NCBI GenBank assembly: GCA_029548865.1
Contig: JAKPMO010000015.1
Coordinates: 10,482-74,481 of the forward strand
Length of the DNA stretch: 64,000 nucleotides
Direction: 5' to 3'
DNA from: Caldisericota bacterium
GTDB lineage: Bacteria > Caldisericota > Caldisericia > JAAYUI01
The notes under the pieces: model-generated
What the model saw: only the letters and a program-made list of their open reading frames with translations
What the model was told of the DNA's origin: nothing
Databases searched by the model: none
Shown: piece after piece, positions 56,798 to 64,000 of the stretch
Layout: every line of letters starts with the position of its first letter
Numbering within the stretch: the stretch's first letter is position 1
Translations under genes and position numbers: made by a program

Positions 56798-56834
56798 AAT
56801 AAAAAAGGCCACCCAAAAGGGTGGCCTTTTTTGT
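56798..56834. terminator. Bidirectional rho-independent terminator
   Basis: AAAAAAGGCCACCCAAAAGGGTGGCCTTTTTTG. Confidence 0.65.
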
Positions 56835-56851
56835 ATACGGTTTAGTGCTTC

Positions 56852-59800
56852 TTACGGCTGCCTTACAAGTTTTACTTCGTGTGTTGTCTGGTTTTCGGCA
56901 ACATCAATGAACTGGAAGGAGAGTGGAAGTTCTGGAAGGTTTGCATCCATTGTTATTTCGACTTCCCAGATGTCATAGACGACCTTTGCCGGTGCGCCAT
57001 TGACCGTGACCTTGGAGCCTGGATCAATTCTTCCTGAGAGCTTAATCGTTGTCTGATCTTTCGCAACAAGAATCTTTCCATCGACCTCGCCATTGATGAT
57101 GAAGGCTGGCGGTGTAATGTCGACTATTGTTGAGAGTATCCTCATGCTTCTGTTTCCAGCAGCATCAATTGCCTCGACTACGATTGGGTTTACGCCTTCC
57201 TTGAGTGTTATCTTGACTGTGAACTTGCCGGAGTCATCAACCCTGGCGGAAGTTCCATTGACAGTCAGCTTGACGCCTGGCTCTGTCTTTCCGGTTACAT
57301 CAATGGAAGTCTTGTTTCCATATGGTGCGATCGGATCAACATCCAATATTGGCGGGAAGGTGTCTTTTCCAATCATGACCCATGCGGAACCAGCAATGTA
57401 TTCATCGCGCTCTGCAGTGACAACAATCTTGCCCTGTGACTTTGGAGTAACTTTTACCTTGACTTCGCCCTTTGCGTTTGTGGTGAGCGAGGTCTGCTGT
57501 ATTCCTGGGCCTTCGACATAAACGGTTGCTTCTGGAACAACAGCTTCGGTGCCAAGTTCCTTGACGTAGATTGTGAGTTCTGAGGTGGCGTTCGGGGCAA
57601 GGTTGTCGGAAGCGATCATGACTTCAAGTCCCTTGCCAACATCAAGATGGTAGATCTTCTTGAGTGAATACCACTCTGGATTGTCAAGCTGGTATGGATC
57701 TGCAAAGTACCACTTGTTCTTTGCCAGATAGGAGATGAAGGTTGTTGACTGACCGGTTCCGGTTGGAGTGTAGTGGAACGTGGTTTCGGTTGCCATGTCA
57801 TCAACTTCTGACTTCTTGGTCTGTCCATATATCCACTGCTGTGCCTGGTTGCCGGAGACATAGACCCTTCCATCTTCCTTGAGCGGGAGGTCTTCCTTGA
57901 ATGCCGGGTAGACCCTTGCAATGAAGTGGTTGTCGTAGTTGTAAACCATGTCGTAATTGTCGACGTTGAGGAGATCCTTGGAGACTTCGTTGCCGTTCTC
58001 TGCGTAGAAGAGTTCGATTCTCGGGTATGAAACCTGGGCAACCTTGTCCGGAATTGCTTCCCAATCCATGAAGAACACTGTGTCGTTGGTTACTCCATGC
58101 CTAAATCTCTTGACCATGTACCTTGGGTTTGTCTTGTCAGAATATGGTGGGTAGCCTACAAGGTCTGCTTTGACTTGGGTGTTGCAATAGACGTTGTCTC
58201 CAACAAGTCCGCCAACATAGAACAGGTCTTCGGCCCAGAGGTAGAATGAAGTTTGGGCATTAACATCAAGACCAAGTGCATCATGGTAATCAAGCGAGCC
58301 ATTGCGATCGATATCTGTAAAGAGGAAACCGCCCCAATATGGCCAGTTGTAGATGGCACCGAGACCCCATCCAAACGCTGGTGGTGGAAGGAGCAGGTTA
58401 AGTACTTCAACACGCTGTCCGGCTGTACCTTCGTTGATAACTCTCCAGGTCTTGTCGTCCCTGAAGTATTCATTTGTTGTGTTGTAGAAGACTTCACCAA
58501 CACCCTGGCGATCCCAGCACTTGTTGTTAATTGGCCTGAGTGTAAATCCGCCAGCCTTGTAGAGTTCCTGGTCTTGCCATGTGATGTTGCCATCGGCGAC
58601 GAAGTCATAACCAAAGTGCGGGTAGGTGACCTGTGAGCATGGAACGTAGTCACATGTCTGGTTGCGGAAATCAAAGGACTGTGGCCTTGTGGTGAATGGT
58701 GTGAACCTTGCGGTATTCTTTACGCCACCACCGCAGACTGAGACACCCTTCGTTACACCCTTGACCAGCTGGCCCTGGGCGTTGCTAATTGTTACTGTTA
58801 CTTTGTAAATGCGGTTGTCAGCTGCGGTCATTATAAAGTCCGGCTCCCCTGGGACTGTGAAAGCCCTGAGCTGTGGATCTTCCGTGTTGACAACTGAATA
58901 CTCAGCATGTGGGTTGACAATTTTAACATCAACAGAACCCCTGTGCTTGCGGTCTGGTGTGTAGATATAGACTCTGACCAAGTGCTCTTTTTCCCACTGC
59001 TCTCTGTCTGGGTGGTCTTCGTCCTTCATCCAGATGTTGTTATCGTTGGCGCAGAAACCTCTGAAGATGTAGAGACCAGATTTTGCATTGGAGAAGTCTG
59101 GTGTTATTGGTTCAAATGCTTCGAGAATTGTTTCCTTGCAATCGTAGGATGAGTCTCTTCCTCTTGATGAGTAAAGCTCACGGTTATTTACATCTGTTCC
59201 ATCATAGTTGTGGAGGTCTGTTCTGAGGAAGTAGTACTGCGGGAGAATTGAATTTCTTCCATAATAATAGGTGTTGTCTGGGTGCGGATCCTTAAAGAGA
59301 TAGTTCCAACCAACTTTTGGATCAACATCTTTCTTGCCCCATTGGTCGATAATTCCATCAAGCAGGTTGACTGGGTCACCCTTTTCATTCTTAACAACGA
59401 ATGTGAGTGGTGAGTTAACATCAACAAGCTCTGGGGTGATACCGGCTGTGAGTGGGTTTGGTGTATAGGTTACGATAAGGTCATCGTACGGCTCAACTGG
59501 CAATGCAACCTGGGCTGCAAGATAAACTTCGTGGCTGTAACGTGTCCTTGTGTACTGGCCAACAGACGCATCGTACTGGGAGTAGTAGGCATCAAAATCC
59601 CACCATGGCCCAAACGATCTGTCGTTGTTGTCATCACCATACTTGTAGGCAGTGATATAGACTGGCAGTGTTTCGTTGTCCGAGATGATATGGTCTTGTG
59701 GATCAGCAACTCCATTTTCTCCACCAAAATCAAGACCTACTGTGTCGATATTTGCACCGGTTGCCTGGGAGAGTTCGAAGTCATATCTGCCGGTATTGCG

Positions 59801-62800
59801 CTGGAAGGTACGAGCATCAATGATACCGCCCATCCAGGTATTTGTTACCATGTCATAAGTTCCGCAGATTTCAGTCTCATAATCATTGAACTTAATCTTG
59901 TTGTCGCCGTTGACGTCGTTGTCCGGGATGTACTGGGTATGATAATTCTCGGCTCTTGAGGAAGTTGGTGGGTTAGTTACCCAACCATCGCCTGCACCAA
60001 CTACAAGATTGCTCTTGGTGTCACGGAGGTCTTTTACACCCCTGTCCTGCCAGATGTACATGACTGCGTCATTGCAAAGCTGCTCGACTTGCATCGGCTC
60101 ATATTCCTTCAGTGTGAAGGAGAGCTTTTGGATCATGTTTCTGCCAGAATCAAGTGTGATATGGTCAATTGGTTCATAATTCTCGTCGCCTTCGGTCTGC
60201 TTGAGATCAAGGGCTCTGACATCAATTCCGTCAACCGGCGGTGCAGTGCAGCAATCCTGGTACATCTTGAAGGTGCCATCTGCAAGGGTGACGTAGATAA
60301 ATATCTTTCCAGAATTCCACGGGATAAGTTCGTCAATTACGAAAACGTTATCAAGGGAGCAATAGTTGAGCTTGCCTGTTCTCTTGATGCGGATATTCTC
60401 GTTTGAGCCATAATCAACATCGCTGAGAGCAGACCAGTTCATATAGTTTCCACCTGGTATATGCTCGAAGTATGACCAGTTGGTCTCATCTATTACGATC
60501 TTTCCTGAATAGTCATACTGTATCGGAACATTCTGGAGTCCATTATATGCATACCAGTTCAAAACTCTGTTCGTTGTCACATCGACAACTTTTGGACGTG
60601 CAAATGGTCCAACAATTTCGATTCTCTTGATAGTGCGGTCGAGGGTTGGAGATTTGAACGAGAGGTGGTTGCCTTCGCCATCTTTAAGGATGAAATATAG
60701 ACCGTAATCTGTGAGTGGGAAGAATTCAGTTCCAAGCTTGTAGAACATCTCGGATTTTGCATTCTTCTTGCCTTCTTCACTCCAGATTGCCGGATATGCG
60801 TTCCATCCGAAAGCTCCACCATTCTGGTTGAAGTTCTGGCCCTTTACCCTTCCGGTATGTGTTTGTCCACCAGGGTATACCCTGAATCCACCATGTGAAG
60901 TGCGCAGAATTGGCCAGTATGGTGGCTGAATCTGTGGTGCTGGTGGTGGAAGCTGTGAAAGTGCCGGGTTAGTAGATGATGCAACAGTATAGTTAACGTT
61001 GGAATACATGAGTGCTTTATCAACGATGAGCCACTCTGCGAAGTTTACATATGGGTCTGGCGGGTAAACCTTGAGATCAAGGGTACCAGCATAATCAATT
61101 CCATTTACTGTTTCACCAAGATTTATATAACCTGGGTTGTTCTGGTTGATTCCGGTTGGAACATCAGTCCTGAAGTACGGGCTTCCAGTAACCGGGTGAG
61201 CTATTGTCGAGTTGTAATCAAAGATTGCATTGGTCAGATAAACGTGGATGTTGAGATGAGTTGATCCATCTTTTGGATGAATAACTGCGAGGCACTCTCC
61301 ACCTGGATCAGACGGGGTGAGCTCACCATATGGAGTAACATAGGTTGGAACACCATACTGGACGATCCAGGCAAATGCTCCATCAATAATTCCATAATGG
61401 TCTGAACCCAGCGGGTTGCCCCACTGGCCGGTTATGTCGCCGATTGGTTTCATGCCTTCTGGCATGTTGACCCTGCAGGCTATATTGGTGGCCGAAGAGC
61501 AATCTGCATCATCCCAGGATGCCCTGTCATCAACCTTGACGCCTGTGCGTTTTACCTTATCGGTGCACTGGATTGGGAATGTTGTCCATTCCTGACCAAT
61601 GATAACGTCGTTCGCATCAATGGCATTTGGCACCTGTGGACCAAGATTTGGATCGGTGTTGGCCGGTTCATACCAGTACCAATACTCATAAGTTCCGTCG
61701 ATATTGGTCTGGATAATGATTTTTTCACCCTGGACTGCCGGGTTTGCAAGTTCGGCAACTGCAAGCCAGTTGACTCCACCGCCATGGCCATTGTAAACGG
61801 CGATAAGCGGGCTGTCAGTTTTTGGAACTGAAATGTTAACACCATACGGATCATTAACATCGTTTGGATTATCGATATCTGAAAGGGTGAGCATAATGTT
61901 CGGGAAGCGCTGGTCTAGTGTGGTGATACAAGCAACATTTGCGTCAACCTTGAGCTGCTCCGGAAGAACCTCAAAGTGTTTCTCACCATAACAATCATAA
62001 GATTCTGAAAGGGTCATTGGGAGTGGTGGTGCAGGAGCAAGATCAAATCCCTTGTTGTCAGCATCTGTCAGATAAAGTCCTGGTGACTTCTTGCCTGAAC
62101 GCGGGAACCTCTTACCCCAGTGGTTGCCACCGTGGCTACCAATCATGTTCATCATTCTCTTCCAGTCGCCTGTCCAGAAAAGGTCACGATAGAAGTGCAT
62201 GGTGTCCTGACGGAAGAAGTTTTGGGTGATTGGGCTCTGATATCCTGGGTGCTGGTCCGGTGGCACAATCATGAGATCTGCCATAAGCGTACGATTTGCA
62301 AAGAGACCAATTTCCGGGTTGGCCTTGAAAGCCTGAATTCTTACCTTGAGTGCATCTTGTTGTGGTCTTCCAAGCTTGAAGTTTTCTGGATGGCAAGAAC
62401 CCCTATAAGGAGTCATTGTGAAAGTAACTTTCGGGGACTTTGGTGTAAGCACCCTGTACTGTGCATTGATGTTAGTGTCAGACATGCCACCAGCTATTCC
62501 ACCTGGATCACGAACGAGCACATAAACGGCCTCGTCTGGAATCCATAATCTGTGATCGCCTTTGTCAACCCAGTGGCCTTCTCTTGGCGGCGGGTTAACA
62601 GAAACTGTGATGTCAGAGGTCTGCTCAACCATCAGTTCTTTGTCGATCTGGACATCAAGCTTGATGTCTCCAGGAATGACTTCCCAGTCCATATATCTTG
62701 AATCGCAATTGAGTCCTGAGGTAACACCATATGGAACTGATGCATAGAGATAGAAATCAAATGGAGGAACGATTGATCCACAATCATACCATGTGTCGCC

Positions 62801-64000
62801 AATCCAGCCTGCTGTCATTCTCTGGAAGCCTGGCTGAACAACACCCTGATCAATAAGACCGTTAAATGGCATGTTGGTATCATAGATTATTTCGCCTGGG
62901 TCGTATGTACCATTTGGCGGGAGGAGTCTTGTCGAATTCTCCGGGTCAATCATGTACTCATCATAGAACATTGGCCAATGGTACTGGCCATTGGTAAGAA
63001 TGGCTCTGAAGTCATTAAGGTCGTTGTTCGCGCCCGCGAAAGCGTTTACATCGACATCGCCAGCATTTACATAAGAACCCGCTTTGTAGGTGATAATCCC
63101 AGCATTCCTGTTGATTGTTATATCAGCAAGACGTTTGTCACCAATACCTATTTCATAATCATTGTTTACATCAAGATATATTCCCTTGCCACAACCGAAT
63201 AGTCTCGTTGTTCCTGCTCCACCCGGCTGGGTGTCAAGGAAACGAACCGGGACTGCAAGGTTGTCAAACCTGGTAAGGATTCTTCCAATATCCTTTGTAA
63301 TCAGTCCTCTTTGATAGTAGTCACTTGTGCTGCCAAGGAACCATGGCTTGGAAAAGAGGTTCGGGTTCGGGTCCTGTGCGCCAAGGAATACTTCACAAGT
63401 TTTGCCAGGACGATAGTCATCTGACATATTATTTGCATAGAGGAGGTCAGAAGCTGGTGGAGTTCCTATGATATCAGTATAGTGCTGGGTTCCAAGGTTA
63501 TTGTCTTTCCCGTTGTCGTTGAAAATTTCAACACCGAGATATTGTCTTGACCTTGGATAGCAATCCATGAATGTTGTAGCTGGAACTGCAAAAGCTGTGC
63601 CGGTTGGGCCAAGGACTGTGCTCTTGTTGATAGTTTGGCCTCTCTCGGTTATCTCACCAAGTTGTGACCTGAGGACTGCTGTGGTTGTGGATGGTATGAC
63701 ACCTTCCCAAAGATCTGATTCAACTGAGAGATTGTAGAAATCCTTGTCATTGCAAACAGTAGTGAGGACTTCTGAAAGAATCAGAACGTCTCCAACCCAA
63801 AGACCACCAAGCCTATTTGGCTGATCACTAACATAATTCTGGAGTGCCCATGGATGGGAATTGCTATTTACATTAGTAAGACGGTTGTCACCGATCTGCA
63901 CCCTTGGAAGAGTGTTAGGAACCCTGGTTGTTGTGGTATCGGTGTAACCTTTTTGGTAAATGTGCTCGTATGGATCATAAAGTCTGATATCGTTGAATGT
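56852..64000 (-). CDS. Second giant surface protein, paralog of 19960-26784. 5' end is truncated by the window edge (the frame stays open to nt 64000). C-terminal Ig-like domains, no CAO-N anchor, no poly-Gly tract.
   Basis: Long collinear similarity to giant A (for example KSTVLGPTG..F.VPATTF, YDCY(L/G)..F.V.PE, DIDNPNDVND.YGVNIS, IIDART(Y/F)QRN.GRY, YKY.DDNNDRSF.P.W, SHEVYLA.QV). No stop codon in the 99 nt upstream of the tool's GTG start. Confidence 0.8.
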   Translation of the reverse strand, partial: TFNDIRLYDPYEHIYQKGYTDTTTTRVPNTLPRVQIGDNRLTNVNSNSHPWALQNYVSDQPNRLGGLWVGDVLILSEVLTTVCNDKDFYNLSVESDLWEGVIPSTTTAVLRSQLGEITERGQTINKSTVLGPTGTAFAVPATTFMDCYPRSRQYLGVEIFNDNGKDNNLGTQHYTDIIGTPPASDLLYANNMSDDYRPGKTCEVFLGAQDPNPNLFSKPWFLGSTSDYYQRGLITKDIGRILTRFDNLAVPVRFLDTQPGGAGTTRLFGCGKGIYLDVNNDYEIGIGDKRLADITINRNAGIITYKAGSYVNAGDVDVNAFAGANNDLNDFRAILTNGQYHWPMFYDEYMIDPENSTRLLPPNGTYDPGEIIYDTNMPFNGLIDQGVVQPGFQRMTAGWIGDTWYDCGSIVPPFDFYLYASVPYGVTSGLNCDSRYMDWEVIPGDIKLDVQIDKELMVEQTSDITVSVNPPPREGHWVDKGDHRLWIPDEAVYVLVRDPGGIAGGMSDTNINAQYRVLTPKSPKVTFTMTPYRGSCHPENFKLGRPQQDALKVRIQAFKANPEIGLFANRTLMADLMIVPPDQHPGYQSPITQNFFRQDTMHFYRDLFWTGDWKRMMNMIGSHGGNHWGKRFPRSGKKSPGLYLTDADNKGFDLAPAPPLPMTLSESYDCYGEKHFEVLPEQLKVDANVACITTLDQRFPNIMLTLSDIDNPNDVNDPYGVNISVPKTDSPLIAVYNGHGGGVNWLAVAELANPAVQGEKIIIQTNIDGTYEYWYWYEPANTDPNLGPQVPNAIDANDVIIGQEWTTFPIQCTDKVKRTGVKVDDRASWDDADCSSATNIACRVNMPEGMKPIGDITGQWGNPLGSDHYGIIDGAFAWIVQYGVPTYVTPYGELTPSDPGGECLAVIHPKDGSTHLNIHVYLTNAIFDYNSTIAHPVTGSPYFRTDVPTGINQNNPGYINLGETVNGIDYAGTLDLKVYPPDPYVNFAEWLIVDKALMYSNVNYTVASSTNPALSQLPPPAPQIQPPYWPILRTSHGGFRVYPGGQTHTGRVKGQNFNQNGGAFGWNAYPAIWSEEGKKNAKSEMFYKLGTEFFPLTDYGLYFILKDGEGNHLSFKSPTLDRTIKRIEIVGPFARPKVVDVTTNRVLNWYAYNGLQNVPIQYDYSGKIVIDETNWSYFEHIPGGNYMNWSALSDVDYGSNENIRIKRTGKLNYCSLDNVFVIDELIPWNSGKIFIYVTLADGTFKMYQDCCTAPPVDGIDVRALDLKQTEGDENYEPIDHITLDSGRNMIQKLSFTLKEYEPMQVEQLCNDAVMYIWQDRGVKDLRDTKSNLVVGAGDGWVTNPPTSSRAENYHTQYIPDNDVNGDNKIKFNDYETEICGTYDMVTNTWMGGIIDARTFQRNTGRYDFELSQATGANIDTVGLDFGGENGVADPQDHIISDNETLPVYITAYKYGDDNNDRSFGPWWDFDAYYSQYDASVGQYTRTRYSHEVYLAAQVALPVEPYDDLIVTYTPNPLTAGITPELVDVNSPLTFVVKNEKGDPVNLLDGIIDQWGKKDVDPKVGWNYLFKDPHPDNTYYYGRNSILPQYYFLRTDLHNYDGTDVNNRELYSSRGRDSSYDCKETILEAFEPITPDFSNAKSGLYIFRGFCANDNNIWMKDEDHPDREQWEKEHLVRVYIYTPDRKHRGSVDVKIVNPHAEYSVVNTEDPQLRAFTVPGEPDFIMTAADNRIYKVTVTISNAQGQLVKGVTKGVSVCGGGVKNTARFTPFTTRPQSFDFRNQTCDYVPCSQVTYPHFGYDFVADGNITWQDQELYKAGGFTLRPINNKCWDRQGVGEVFYNTTNEYFRDDKTWRVINEGTAGQRVEVLNLLLPPPAFGWGLGAIYNWPYWGGFLFTDIDRNGSLDYHDALGLDVNAQTSFYLWAEDLFYVGGLVGDNVYCNTQVKADLVGYPPYSDKTNPRYMVKRFRHGVTNDTVFFMDWEAIPDKVAQVSYPRIELFYAENGNEVSKDLLNVDNYDMVYNYDNHFIARVYPAFKEDLPLKEDGRVYVSGNQAQQWIYGQTKKSEVDDMATETTFHYTPTGTGQSTTFISYLAKNKWYFADPYQLDNPEWYSLKKIYHLDVGKGLEVMIASDNLAPNATSELTIYVKELGTEAVVPEATVYVEGPGIQQTSLTTNAKGEVKVKVTPKSQGKIVVTAERDEYIAGSAWVMIGKDTFPPILDVDPIAPYGNKTSIDVTGKTEPGVKLTVNGTSARVDDSGKFTVKITLKEGVNPIVVEAIDAAGNRSMRILSTIVDITPPAFIINGEVDGKILVAKDQTTIKLSGRIDPGSKVTVNGAPAKVVYDIWEVEITMDANLPELPLSFQFIDVAENQTTHEVKLVRQP

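Noticed and set aside
1-64000. CRISPR array, or a diversity-generating retroelement targeting the giant proteins
   Set aside because: No regularly spaced short direct repeats were found; the only dispersed repeat is the 2-copy 52-bp promoter element. No reverse-transcriptase-like ORF (no YxDD motif) and no template-repeat/variable-repeat pair were seen near either giant gene.

Overview
This 64 kb window is bacterial. It carries a class II tRNA-Ser with an encoded CCA end, GGAGG-type ribosome-binding sites and many lipobox signal peptides. The gene content (yacL-ispD, BlaI/BlaR1, membrane-anchored HtrA, copper-amine-oxidase N-terminal wall-binding domains) suggests a Firmicutes-like lineage, but this is an inference. 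Almost all of the coding capacity is cell-envelope or secreted protein, with a few housekeeping genes.

Main contents, in order:
- A tandem same-strand array of eight paralogous lipoprotein genes (3354-10562), the last carrying a PEGA domain.
- A low-GC, Tyr-rich membrane or secreted protein family with a conserved LPGE motif in at least three copies (22-1359, 13573-14892, 18318-19661). Two neighbouring genes, including one family member, are preceded by a near-identical ~52-bp promoter/leader element.
- Two giant paralogous surface proteins: one complete (19960-26784, ~2275 aa) with a 24-residue poly-Gly tract and a C-terminal CAO-N anchor, and one truncated by the window edge (56852->64000).
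- A minus-strand blaI - sensorless blaR1 (M56) - htrA operon.
- A block of three very large PQQ/BamB-like multi-propeller, Ig-domain proteins (32620-43256). A strongly expressed-looking 62-aa ORF sits inside the block, and the last gene is ATGA-coupled to a cytoplasmic alpha/alpha-toroid (prenyltransferase/terpene-cyclase-like) protein.
- Housekeeping or accessory genes: FGGY sugar kinase, Fpg/Nei glycosylase, ICMT-family methyltransferase, flavodoxin, two DUF1801 genes, an NTase-fold protein, an alpha/beta hydrolase, a low-GC S9 peptidase, ispF, a BCCP-like biotinyl protein, ispD, yacL (PIN/TRAM) and a DUF1858 protein.

No CRISPR array, transposase, integrase or reverse transcriptase was found. 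GC content is visibly mosaic, roughly 35% versus 50-55% by eye.
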